DNA of 56,315 nt. Source: Emiliania huxleyi CCMP1516. Taxonomy: Eukaryota. The translations under genes and the position numbers were made by a program. The notes beneath the pieces are model-generated. The model did not search any database. It worked only from the letters and a program-made list of their open reading frames with translations, and was not told where the DNA came from. The stretch lies in NCBI RefSeq assembly GCF_000372725.1, contig NW_005201984.1, forward strand, positions 402,414 to 458,728. Direction: 5' to 3'. Positions 1-11,034 of this stretch are shown here, piece after piece; the first letter of the stretch is position 1; each line of letters starts with the position of its first letter.

Positions 1-985
1 CCCTGAGAGTTGGTTATGAGTGGGCTCGGCTCCCCCCCTTGGGATCGAAGCTTCCACGACCTCACACCCAACAGCACAGGTGGGATCAGAGAGAGACTCC
101 ACACCGGACACCGCCGGGGCACAGACAGACTCCCTACCCATCGGATTGCACAGGGCCCCCTCGGAGCAGCCCACACACAATCACGCATCGGCAGAATTAG
201 AGAGAGAGATTTTTAGCAATACCAAACAACTCTAACACTCACACGTAATTTGGGGCCTGGAGCCCTGTTCACGCGCGCGCGAGACGTGCAGACAGGGTTG
301 CCAGGTGAGAGCGAATGGCGCGGTTCACGCCTCGCACAACAGAGAGAGAGATGCGCTCTGCATGGTGGGACATAAAAGAGAGCGAGTACTTGGGCGAGTA
401 GGCCGTGCGGTCAACGCTGCCGCGCGCGACTTTGCGCGTGAGGCGGCGCAGCTTGAGAACGGCGGTGGGCGAGAAGCCGCCGCCGAACGTCTCGTGGAGC
501 AGCAGGTTGAAGTTGTTGCGCTTGACAAAGATCGCGTCGTGGTAGAAACCGCGATGCGCCTTGACGTAGCCGTGGCCGGTCTTGTGGTCGAAGGGTTGGC
601 CGGGCTGCCCGCGCGCCTTGCAGCCCATGTTTAGGCGGCGGGCCTTTTCTTCGGTGTTGCCGAAGGCGTAGGAGTGGCCAACGGAGGCGGGCGTGCCGCC
701 ACTCGAGGCGTTGCCAACGCCCGGCGAGGAGGTCTTGAGGAGGGGCGTCCAGAGCTTGATTTCATTCACGTCATCGTTTTGTTTGTCAGAATTAGTGCCT
801 GAGTCAGGCAGACAGCACAGACAAGGAGAGGAGAGAGAGGAGAGGAGAGGAGAGAGGAGAGGGGAGAGGGTGAGGGTGTGTGCACACGTGTGGAGAGGGA
901 GGGTGTCTGTAGTGGGCTGTAGTCATACTACGTGGTTAAAACCACGCGCCCCTCAGGAGCTAAGGTAGAGTGTTTGGGTGTCAAA

Positions 986-1017
<32 letters not shown>
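1..1017 (+). mobile_element. 3' end of a SINE/LINE-like repeat with (CA)n tail, copy 1, interrupted by a nested insertion at 201-786
   Basis: 1-200 plus 796-1017 are near-identical to the uninterrupted copy at 5532-5938; ends in GGTGTCAAAA followed by (CA)n. Confidence 0.7.
201..786 (-). mobile_element. 5'-truncated non-LTR retrotransposon fragment encoding a restriction-like endonuclease (RLE) C-terminus, CRE-clade-like
   Basis: ORF 269-769 has LLHETFGGGFS...LRRL...HHAERISLSVVRGVNRAI, resembling the E(T/S)xG...QRLSxxxxRGNA end of CRE-type ORFs; AAAAA(TC)n 3' tail; flanked by the 9-bp direct repeat CAGAATTAG (192-200, 787-795), present once in the empty copy (5719-5727). Confidence 0.75.
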
Positions 1018-1131
1018 CTCACCAGCGCACACCCCTCACCAGCGCACACCCCGCACCAGCGCACACCCCGCACCCCACGGCCCCACGGCCGCGCGGGGCG
1101 GAGCCCTCACCCCGCCGTCCCGCGAGGCTAG

Positions 1132-1912
1132 GCACCCTCCCGCCAAAGTACTACAAGATGAGGCGGCTCGACTTTATGTACATCGAGGAGAATGCGCTCT
1201 CGGGCACCATCCCGCCCCAGTACGGCAAGCTCGAGGCCATCGACTTCCTCTCCTTCGACAACACGCGCCTCTCCGGCACACCGCCACACGCGCACCCACA
1301 CCCCTCCCGGCCGCCACACGCCACACCCCTCCCCGCCGACACACCTTCCCCGCCGGGGGAGGCGCGGCGAGGGCTGCGGCTGCGTCTCACGCCCTCTTGC
1401 CCGCCCTCTGCCCGCCCCCTCCCCCCCAGGCACCATCCCGCCCGAGATGGGCAAGCTCGACCGGCTCAAGGACCTCGACCTCGACTTTACGCGCATCTCG
1501 GGCACCATCCCCCCGGAGCTCGGCGACTGCGACAACTTTTACGAGCTCGACCTCGACTCGACCTTCCTCTCGGGCACCATCCCCGGCTCGTTCGCCAAGT
1601 TCGACAACCTCTTCGACCTCGAGATGGATCACACCCAGATCTCGGGCACGCTGCCAAAGGTGTTCGACAAGATGGCGCGCCTCTCCCTCCTCTACGTCCA
1701 CGACACGCCCATCTCGGGCACGCTGCCGCACGGCATTGGCAAGTGGGACAACGTCGAGGAACTCAATTTTAAGAACACGCCCATCTCGGGCACCCTCCCC
1801 TCCGGCTTCACGACGCTCGACCACCTCGAGCACTTCGACGTCTCGAGCACGCGCATCTCCGGCGTGCTGCCGAGGGCGATGGGCAACATGAACGACCTCA
1901 AAAAGTTCATGG
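1132..1912 (+). CDS. Leucine-rich repeat protein, plant-type LRR, internal exons only (partial; 3' end runs into the assembly gap)
   Basis: Repeated LxxLxLxxTxISGT(I/L)P units in frames 978..1772 and 1192..2280; GC-AG intron about 1276-1429. Confidence 0.85.
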
Positions 1913-2056
1913 CGCGAGAGCCGCAGAGAGCCGCAGAGTCCGAGAGGGGCCGAGAGGGCCGACACCCATCGGCCACCTTGCGCACCTCGCCGCGCCGATC
2001 CTCCCTCCCCCCCCCCCCACCCCCTCTGGAGACGTCTACCCCCCCCCCCCCCCCCC

Positions 2057-2156
2057 NNNNNNNNNNNNNNNNNNNNNNNNNNNNNNNNNNNNNNNNNNNN
2101 NNNNNNNNNNNNNNNNNNNNNNNNNNNNNNNNNNNNNNNNNNNNNNNNNNNNNNNN
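2057..2156. other. Assembly gap (100 N)
   Basis: Run of N following a poly-C tract. Confidence 1.
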
Positions 2157-2440
2157 GCGGCGGCGGTCGAGACCAACCCAACCCAAAAAGCACGATTCTG
2201 AAGTTGGGCTCTCACTCTCTCTCTCTCTCAAGGAGGTGGGATGTGACTCCAGCAGGTGGCGCGCAACCTCTGGAGTCTGAGCATGAGTTTGAGGCGTGCT
2301 TTCGCTGCACTTCCTCGCGGCTGACCACAAACGACGATAAAGTGCTTGACCCGAGGGTGGCTGGTAGAGGGACGGTCCTGTGCAGGGGTCCGATGTCGGC
2401 GCCTAAGTCAAGACACTCTTGAACGCCCTCAAGTCACGAG

Positions 2441-3738
2441 ATGCGCTACCTGTGTGTTTTGGTCGCGACGCTCGCCGGCGCGTCGGCGCAGACAACGGCC
2501 GCCGCACCGGCCGCACCGCCCGACGCCGTCGCCGCACCGAAGCCCACGCCTGTGCCCACGCCCGAGCCCACGCCCGAGCCCACGCCCGCGCCCATCGTGC
2601 CCGCACGAGGCCAGTGCGAGGCGCTGCAGACGCTCTTTGAGAAGACTCGCGGCGCCTCGTGGCAAAACAACACGGGCTGGATGACCACCCATGTCAGCTG
2701 CTGCAAGTGGCACGGCATCACCTGCGACGCCGAGGGCTTCATCACGAAGATCGAGCTGCCCTTCAACAAGCTTGCCGGTGCGCCGCTCCACGCCCCCCCC
2801 TCCCCCCCCCTCCCTCCCTCCCTCTCTTCTCACTCCGCCCCCTCCACGCCTTGTGCAGGCACGCTGCCCAAGAAGCTCGAGCAGGCTGGCGACCTCGAGC
2901 ACATCAACCTGCACTCGATGCAGCTGAGCGGCACACTCCCGCCCGAGTGGGGGCGGCTCAAGCATTTGGAGAAGCTCTCGCTCTACGGCAACAAGATCTC
3001 TGGCGCCCGCCCGCCCGACTCCCTGCCACACGCCCCGGAGCCCTGCCGGAGCGTGTTCGCCTCTCCGCCCCGCCGCAGGCTCCCTGCCGATCGGCTTCCT
3101 CGAGAGGATGCGCGACCTCAAGTCATGCGAGCTCACCAAGGCGCGCACCCCCCCCCCAGCCCTCCCCTCCTCCTCCCCTCAATCGCTCACCCCGCCCCCC
3201 CCCCTGGTGCGCAGGCGACGACGGACGCCCTCGAGTGGAACACAAACCACTTCTACTGCGCCGCCGATGTGCACGAGACCTTCGCGTCCTACCCGGCCGC
3301 GTGCGTGCCGCTCCAGTACCAGATCTGCGCCGCCGACTACTGGATCGCACAGCTGGCGGGCGCCGCCGTCGGTGCCCTCCCCCGCGCCCGCCCGCCCCGC
3401 CCGCTTCGGGACGACCGACCTTGTGCCGGCGGCGTGCAGGCACGCTGCTTGTGCTCGGGCTGCTGGTCTTCTGCGCCAAGAAGGCGCGCGACAACTACAT
3501 CCGCAAGCGCTCCAAGCTGCTCAACGAGGTCACCTCCACCTCGGCGACCGTCCTCTCCGACCTCTCGGACCGCAAGGCGGGCGCCCCTGTCGTCATCGTC
3601 GACGGAAAGTCGATGGGTGAGGCTTGCGCCGTGCGGCAAGGCTGCCCGGGGGTGGGTTCCCCTCACTCCCTCCTCCCTCCGCACACAGGCCTCGCAAAGG
3701 CGACCGACTCGTCCGACCCGCGCCACTGCGACGAGTGA
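2441..3738 (+). CDS. LRR receptor-like membrane protein (signal peptide, PT-rich stalk, LRR N-cap, LRRs, TM helix, short cytosolic tail), 6 exons
   Basis: MRYLCVLVATLAGASA signal; CCKWHGITC cap; LSGTLPPEWGRL; introns 2778-2858, 3003-3078, 3141-3214, 3372-3439, 3617-3688 join the exons in frame; TM IAQLAGAAVGTLLVLGLLVFC followed by basic residues. Confidence 0.85.
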
Positions 3739-4160
3739 GCGGCCTGGCCGCTGCAGGCCGTTTGGGTTTTGTGCGGACCGCGGGCGGGTGGGTGCTCGCA
3801 CCCCGCGCCGCCACGTATGGGGCTTGGTGGGTGGCTTGGTGGGTGGTGGGGTAGGGGAGGGGAGCGCGGCGCAGAGTTGTCTGCGTAGCCAGGAGAGGGT
3901 CTGTAAGGGAGCAGGACCGCCCAGTGTGTGGGGGCTGGGGCGCCGGGACACAGGACGTGCCGGCGTGGGTCAGGGTGGGCGGGGCGGCCGGGGAGATATT
4001 CCGGACGGGCTCAATAGATGTAAGATGACAATATACACAGCGTAACACGGCCTCTCATCTTGCATGGCAATACTGTCTGCAATGCTTGCATAGTTTCTTT
4101 TTTGAGCGCCCTCACATAAACGATAGAAAGCCAAGCCGTGTCGTGTGCACAGTGCAGCTA

Positions 4161-4718
4161 CGGGGTGTGGACCCCCTGAGTTGACCAGGGGTTGTGCGCT
4201 GGGCCCTCCTGCGTCGGCTCCAGCCAGTAGACAAGTCTTGTCATCAACAGAGTAGATGGATCTGACCTCGGGGCCGATGTGACCAAGCGCTGGTAGCGTG
4301 GTTTTACCTCACACCCATGGTCTCACAGTGTGCCGGCAGTCGCCGAGCAGTGTCGCTCACACAAGCCGCAGCACAAGTGACTGAGGGCCAGTGAGGGCGA
4401 GCCCATCGCTGTCACAGCTGTGGCAGCCGCACAGTAGGCTGTGTCAACTGTGCAGAGTGTGTGAGCAGCAGAGGAGCTGCTCTCCAGGCTTCTGACGCAA
4501 AGAGCTGCATGCCATCGAAGGCGCTGTCGAGGTTCGCCGAGCGCGGCGAAATCCGGGGACGCCGCCACCGACGAGCGCGTTGGACTTTTCACTCCGGACA
4601 AAGACGGGCACACAGCGGACGGTGCGGGGCGTGTGCCCGTCATAGCGGCGAGGCGCGGGACCGTCTGTGGCGAGGTGGGTCGCGTCCCCGGATTTCCTAA
4701 CTCAGGGTCCGCTCCCTC
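4161..4718 (-). mobile_element. MITE-like element, copy A (~560 bp)
   Basis: Reverse complement of 6682-7239; imperfect terminal inverted repeats GGG(T/A)G(T/C)GGACC..TGAGTT; no transposase ORF. Confidence 0.75.
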
Positions 4719-5531
4719 AACGCAAGCCAAGCAAACACCGCTTCACAGTGACGAGGCGACTGAACACTCACAGCGGCTGTGTCACAGCACACAGGGGCAC
4801 TATACACAATCGCGCGGGGCGCCGCTCCGGGGCGACCCCACGGACCCGGCCGCCCTCCGACCGCACTGCCATACTAACTACAACTAGGACGTACGGAGTC
4901 CTACTGAGTGAGTACTGTATCCTTCAACAGTAGTATTACAGGAATACAGACACAAGCATTAGAGCTACTGCTATGCGAATTCTTTTATGTGTGCCTGTGT
5001 TAGTGCTAGCAAAGAAAGAAAGAACACAGACAGGCCCAGAATTTTTGTGTGAGTGAGTATTCTTGATACGAAACCACGACGACACACACCAGTCGACTCG
5101 TATCGGTTGCCTCCATAACGGCGGAGCTATTCTCGCGCCCACACCACACCTGGCTCCAACGTGGACACGCCCATAGCAGGCATAGCTGGGGACACTACTA
5201 GGTCACGCATGGCATCAGAAGTTTTATCTCTGGGCCCCGAAAGGCATCTCTAGCAGCGTCGTTACGCATGCGCCCTCCGCATGCGCCCTCCCCTCCTGGG
5301 CGCATGCGCCTCACATCTCGCCAGAGCATAAGCTCTCGGTGTGCCAGGAGACGAGCTTTTCGCCATCGCCGCGAGCAGCAAGCCGCCCGCCGCAAACAGC
5401 CGGAGGCATCGCCACGGCACTGACTGCGCCGCGGTCCCGCACCCGTCGACGAAGCTCCCCCCGCGGAAGACCGCGCGTAGCGACGCCTTGACGATCGAGA
5501 TGAGCGCGCTCGAGGCTCGCCCACCTACTGC

Positions 5532-5938
5532 CCCTGAGAGTTGGTTATGAGTGGGCTCGGCTCCCCCCCTTGGGATCGAAGCTTCCACGACCTCACACCC
5601 AACAGCACAGGTGGGATCAGAGAGAGACTCCACACCGGACACCGCCCGGGCACAGACTCCCTACCCATCGGATTGCACAGGGCCCCCTCGGAGCAGCCCA
5701 CACACAATCACGCATCGGCAGAATTAGTGCGAGTCAGGCAGACAGCACAGACAAGGAGAGGAGAGAGAGGAGAGGAGAGAGAGAGGAGAGGGGAGAGGGT
5801 GAGGGTGTGTGCACACGTGTGGAGAGGGAGGGTGTCTGTAGTGGGCTGTAGTCATACTACGTGGTTAAAACCACGCGCCCCTCAGGAGCTAAGGTGAGTG
5901 TTTGGGTGTCAAAACACACACACACACACACACACACA
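5532..5938 (+). mobile_element. SINE/LINE-like repeat with (CA)n tail, copy 2 (uninterrupted)
   Basis: Direct repeat of 1-200 plus 796-1017; the true 5' boundary may lie further upstream. Confidence 0.7.
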
Positions 5939-6681
5939 CCCGCATCATGAATTCTTTGTTCACAGCTCAGCAGTTGTCTGGCGACGCTTGCTTGTGCTGG
6001 TGCTCGACCGCCATTACAAATGCTGAGCAACGCCCAAGCCGCCGAGGATTCGCGCGCAGCGGAGGCGCGCGGCATGCACGCGTCTCGCTCTCGCTTTGAG
6101 TCACGCAACAGCTCTCAGTTGGCCGCGCGCTTGGCCTCGATGAAAGGCCCGCCGCTGTTCCAGCGCCCGGCTTCGGTGGCTGCGTGCGTCGTGCTGCTAC
6201 TGATTGGGCTGCTACTGTTTGTCGGCGCCTTGGCGGCCGCCGCCGCACGTGGCCACGGACAATCCTCTGCAGCTCCAGGCGCGCCATCGCCATCCCTGCC
6301 ACTTGCAACCAAACAGCTCGAGCTGCGGCAGCGCTTTCACTCCAGCACGGCTGGACGGGGGATCGACGTGAGGCACGGCAGCAGGCGCAGGAACCCAACG
6401 TCTCATGTTGGAGGTCCGGCGCCTACCGAAGCTCCGAAGGCCGAGGCCAAGGCTGGCCCGCTGATCCGCAGAATATAAGGCGAGACCGGCCCGCATAAGT
6501 GTGTTTCACGTGTCTGTCCCCTGTTCAAAATTAAAGACGGGTCCGCCTCCAGTGAGTGGGCAGTGTGCATGCCAATGCATGCCCACAGCCACGACAACCC
6601 CCTCCCCATATGCGATATGGGCGCGCACCGAAAAAAAAGGTAAAAGCGCTCCCCGAGCCCTGCACCTAGACTCTAGTACTA

Positions 6682-7239
6682 GAGGGAGCGGACCGTGAGT
6701 TGAGGAAATCCGGGGACGCGACCCACCTCGCCACAGACGGTCCCGCGCCTCGCCGCTAAGACGGGGACACACCCCGCATCGTCCGCTGTGTCCCCGTCTT
6801 TGTCCGGAGTGAAAAGTCCAACGCGCTCGTCGGTGACGGCGTCCCCGGATTTCGCCGCGCTCGGCGAACCTCGACAGCGCTTTCGGTGGCATGCAGCTCT
6901 TTGCGACAGAAGCCTGGAGAGCAGCTCCTCTGCTGCTCACACACTCTGCACAGTTGACACAGCCTATTGTGCGGCTGCCACAGCTGTGACAGCGATGGGC
7001 TCGCCCTCACGGGCCCTCACAGTCACTTGTGCTGCGGCTTGTGTGAGCGACACTGCTCGGCGACTGCCGGCACACTGTGAGACCGTGGGTGTGAGGTAAA
7101 ACCACGCTTCCAGCGCTTGGTCACATCGGCCCCGAGGTCAGATCCATCTACTCTGTTGATGACAAGACTTGTCTACTGGCTGGAGCCGAGCAGGAGGGCC
7201 CAGTGCACAACCCCTGGTCAACTCAGGGTCCACACCCCG
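6682..7239 (+). mobile_element. MITE-like element, copy B, flanked by TA
   Basis: TA|GAGGGAGCGGACC...GGTCCACACCCCG|TA; matches copies A and C. Confidence 0.75.
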
Positions 7240-7283
7240 TACGTAGGCTAGACGGTAACTACTAGACGGTAACTACTAGCCTA

Positions 7284-7808
7284 GAGGGTGTGGATGCTGA
7301 GTTGACGGAAATCGGGGGACGCGACCCACTTCGCCACAGACGGTCCCGCGCCTCGCCGCTAAGACGGCCACACGACCGCAGCTCGTGTGCGTGTGGCCGT
7401 CTCTTTGTCCGGAGTGAAAAGTCCAACACGCTCGTCGGTGGCGGCTTCCCCCGACTGCGCCCCGCGCGCTCGGCGAACCTCGACAGCCTTTGGTGGCATG
7501 CAGCTCTTTGCGACAGAAGCCTGGAGAGCAGCTCCTCTCGGCTGCTCACACGCTCTGCACAGCGATAACAGCGATATGGGCTCGCCCTCACTGGCCCTCA
7601 GTCACTTGTGCTGCGGCTTGTGTGAGCGACACTGCTCGGCGATGCCGGCACACACTGTGTGAGACCCCGCGGGTGTGAGGTAAAACCACGCTACCAGCGC
7701 TTGGTCACATCGGCCCCGAGGTCAGATTCTTCTCTACTCTGTTGATGACAACACTTGTCTACTGGCTGGAGCCGAGCAGGAGGCCCAGCGCACAACCCCT
7801 GGTCAACT
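7284..7808 (+). mobile_element. MITE-like element, copy C (diverged, right end truncated)
   Basis: Tandem direct copy of B with many small indels; ends at GGTCAACT. Confidence 0.7.
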
Positions 7809-7963
7809 AGAGCTGTTTAACATTAACTTTGGGCCTAACAGTTGCGCTAGTGTTGGCTGAAATCCTCAACGTTGTTCAAGTGTTCACCCCAGCCCATGCT
7901 GCTACTGTTTGTTACTGTTGTTACTGTTGTTCAGCGGCCAGCAAGCAGAAAATGCCAAAAACC

Positions 7964-8017
7964 CGGGTAAAACCCGAAAATACCTGGGTTTTCCCGGGTA
8001 TTTTCGGGTATTACCCG
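7964..8017. repeat. Hairpin-forming inverted repeat (25-bp arms, TTTT loop)
   Basis: CGGGTAAAACCCGAAAATACCTGGG-TTTT-CCCGGGTATTTTCGGGTATTACCCG. Confidence 0.8.
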
Positions 8018-8290
8018 CACTGGACGCTGGAGGCCGTCGTGGGTCACTGCCAGGCCTTCCTTATTGTTGTTCAGCCGGCCTAACGTTAGCTACTGTTGTT
8101 GGGGAGCCCCACTGCGGCACATGGCACATCGGTCCCACCTAGCTCCTAGGGGATCTGTCTATGCGGTATGTTGAGAAGAGAGCGCTCTCCGGCCTCGCAG
8201 GGTGGCCACAACGGAACGGACGTTTACACGCACTGTGCCGGGCACTGTATTACACAGTGCGGTAACACGAGTAAAAACTTAGACCACGTC

Positions 8291-9538
8291 CTAAGCGAAC
8301 TGCAGAGAGAGCGAGAGCACGCAATGGCGCCAACGCGCATCAGGATGGGTATCGCCGGTCGTGGCGCCGTCCTCAAACGCATGCCCGAGGAAGAGGCTGC
8401 ACCCTGCGCAGTAGAGCTCCACCACACTGCAGCTGTAGTGATTGTACGCGCCTTGCGCCACCGCGATCGTGTGAAGGCTGCTGACCTCCAGTGGCGCGCG
8501 GAAAGAAGGCCATAAGCAGGGTCCAGTAAACTTGGATGTGTGAGCGTACAGCGCGTGCCCGCAGCGAGCGCAGCTGTAGAGGCCCGGATTGAAGCTGCGC
8601 GCGTACTCCTCACCGCTCACGAGGGACGAGATCTGCTCCATGCGCTGCTCAACCTCGGCGTTGATCGGGCAGCGGCTGAGTTCGAAGTAGCCGCTCCGGT
8701 CGGTCAGCGAGATCGCGGCCCGGAGAGAGTCTCGCTCTTCCTTCGGCAGCTTGGCGGGAAGCCGGCACGCCATCGCCTGCCACTCCTCTGCGATGGACGC
8801 CTTGGGCCCCACGGGCTGCGAAACAGCTCTGAGCAGGTTGGCTGCGCCCAGCTGCGCGCACGCGGCCAACACCACGCCGAGCCCCTCGCCCCGGAAGACA
8901 TCTGGCTGGAAGGCCTCCACGTCCATGATACCGACCACTTCGCCGCGCCCGCCAAAGATCGGCACGCACGCCTCCGCGCGCACCTGCCCGTCACAGACAT
9001 AGTACGGCGCATCGCCCGGAAGAGAGAGGACGTCGTGATAGACCACCGCCCGCCCGCTCATGGCCACGGTCGAGTTGTTTGAGCCCTCGGAAAAGGAAGC
9101 GGTCAAGGGAAAGTAGGGTCGCGAGGGCGCGCCGACGTAAGCCAGTTTAAGTAGATTGGCCGCACCGTCGTCCCCGCCGAACTCGCTCAAGCCACCGCCG
9201 CCGCCGGGCTCGACGACTTGATAAACACCGCACCACTGCGCTGAGGTCCGTTCGGCGACAGCGGCACAGATCGCGCGGAGTGAGCGCAAGCGCCTAAGCG
9301 TGTCCTGCTCGCTCGAGCCAGGCACTGCGGCCCGCGCCGCACCGAGGGCGTCAAAGGGTTCGAGTGCCAACTTGCGAGAGCAGGAACCGCCCGCTCGAGG
9401 CGGCACGGGGAACTTCCACGACCGCAACGAGTCGTCGTCGGCAACGGTGATGGGCAGCGAGTGGATGTCGAGCGCAGTCTCGTGCCCTGCCAGGCGCTTC
9501 GCCAGCTCGTTGCGATTTAGGAGTTCCATGCAATGCAC
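8291..9538 (-). CDS. GAF-domain (free Met-R-sulfoxide reductase-like) / MsrB (SelR) fusion protein, intronless, 415 aa
   Basis: GAF: WCGVY...LKLAYVGAPSR...YYVCDGQVRAEACVP...GIMDVEAF; MsrB: GLYSCARC, WPSF, ELYCAGC, LGHAFEDG, RHCV. Confidence 0.85.
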   Translation of the reverse strand: MHCMELLNRNELAKRLAGHETALDIHSLPITVADDDSLRSWKFPVPPRAGGSCSRKLALEPFDALGAARAAVPGSSEQDTLRRLRSLRAICAAVAERTSAQWCGVYQVVEPGGGGGLSEFGGDDGAANLLKLAYVGAPSRPYFPLTASFSEGSNNSTVAMSGRAVVYHDVLSLPGDAPYYVCDGQVRAEACVPIFGGRGEVVGIMDVEAFQPDVFRGEGLGVVLAACAQLGAANLLRAVSQPVGPKASIAEEWQAMACRLPAKLPKEERDSLRAAISLTDRSGYFELSRCPINAEVEQRMEQISSLVSGEEYARSFNPGLYSCARCGHALYAHTSKFTGPCLWPSFRAPLEVSSLHTIAVAQGAYNHYSCSVVELYCAGCSLFLGHAFEDGATTGDTHPDARWRHCVLSLSLQFA

Positions 9539-10095
9539 TTCTTAGCCGTGCTGTATCGATGCACGCACAGCCGGACGCCCCGGGGCGCGCAAAGAAATTT
9601 CGCAGTTGATCTGTGAGGGTCCGCCCGCAGGCGCATTTTGTATACCGAGGCGGTGCCCGGTATCTAGAAAGATGGGATTTCGATTAAGTTTGGCTCCTAC
9701 CCACACTCAGCCCTCCCACAGCGCCGGCCGCGCGCGCAAATCTGAAGGAGAAAATGCAGGGCCCCTGCATCGTCCATCGAAACGGTCACGATGCATGAGG
9801 ACTGCAGCGCGAGGAGGGCATTTAGCCAACTGCTGTGGATTGCGGATACGGAGGAGCAGGACCCGAGAGGCCGAGCGGCTCGGACGCGGACTCTGAAAAA
9901 CTGCTGAATGGCAATTGGGCGTTCTGGCTGTACATTATAATGTAACACGGTCTGGCCCTCGCCATTCTGATCATTCCTGGGACCCAGGTGGCCGGCCGGG
10001 TAAACGGGTATACCCGAGAAATGCCCGGGGTCGCCATGGGTTTGTGGACTGGACTTCAACGGCACCGGCACCGCTCACCCCCCAACTCATAAGGT

Positions 10096-11034
10096 TCACG
10101 AGTTGCTACTGTCAGAGTTGGTCTCCGCCACATCAGTAGCGCTACTGTCATCCGAGCTGTCCGTCCCCACGTCCGTCCCCAGGAACCCATACTGCTCCAG
10201 CGGCGACGGTCCCTCTGCGGCTGGCCGTGCCCCGTGCTCGACGAGGAGATTGTATACGACACGCACGCTCCTGATGCTCCGATCACGGTTACGACCGGCA
10301 GCTTTGAGCAACCAAAGGTTTCGGACGCAGAGCCAGGAGAGGATGCAGAAGCTCCCCACCTTCAGCTTCAGGTCCGCGCCCTCTGCAAGTGCGCGATGCC
10401 ATTTTTGCACCCAGCTGGGTCGGCGCGTTTGAATCCGCTCCGCCATGAACCAGAGCGCCGCGGTCGGTCCGAGCTCACGCAGCAGCTTGTGACTCCACGC
10501 TCCTTTGTAGCGGATCATCGTGCCGTCGACTTTCTCAGAGCCGAGCCAGACGTAATGGAACCGGGAGAGACGCACGGCGCCGCTACGAGATAGAAACACC
10601 AGATCCTTGGTAAGCTCATCGAGCTGCTGCAGATGCAGCCACCCTGCTGCGTCACCAGTTGGCATCCGAATCTCTAGCTGCTCCAGCAGCGGCCACAAAG
10701 GCAGAAGCATGAGCAGCCGACCAACGCTCCCAAAGCCGAAGCCGGACACCTCGACCGCCCTCAGCGCGGCAAGCCGAACTGCCCACGACTGCGGCGCCAT
10801 CAGCGAGGCGTGGCACGATAGCACGCCTTCTGTGTCCCGACCGCCGCCATGCAGGACAAGCTCGCTCAACCCAGACAGGAGCGCGCGGTGGCGGGACGAG
10901 CATTCAAAGAAGGAGAGCGCGTCGCACAATCTTTTTTCGCCGGCCCAAAGATACTGGCCTACGAGGTGCAGCACCTCGTCTGGCAGCGCGTCGAAAGAGG
11001 TTGCGGTCTCAGCCAAGGGCTCCTCGGCGAGCAT
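10096..11034 (-). CDS. Putative F-box-like protein
   Basis: Long ORF with N-terminal FDALPDEVLHLVGQYL F-box-like motif; start codon uncertain. Confidence 0.5.
   Translation of the reverse strand: MLAEEPLAETATSFDALPDEVLHLVGQYLWAGEKRLCDALSFFECSSRHRALLSGLSELVLHGGGRDTEGVLSCHASLMAPQSWAVRLAALRAVEVSGFGFGSVGRLLMLLPLWPLLEQLEIRMPTGDAAGWLHLQQLDELTKDLVFLSRSGAVRLSRFHYVWLGSEKVDGTMIRYKGAWSHKLLRELGPTAALWFMAERIQTRRPSWVQKWHRALAEGADLKLKVGSFCILSWLCVRNLWLLKAAGRNRDRSIRSVRVVYNLLVEHGARPAAEGPSPLEQYGFLGTDVGTDSSDDSSATDVAETNSDSSNS

Noticed and set aside
1913..2280. Continuation of LRR ORF 1192..2280 across the gap
   Set aside because: Runs through intron-like sequence and Ns; not a real translation
4161..7808. ORFs inside the MITE copies as a transposase
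   Set aside because: Frames are not conserved between copies and there is no DDE or HTH motif
8310..8330. Selenocysteine in the MsrB domain
   Set aside because: The catalytic codon is TGC (Cys), not TGA
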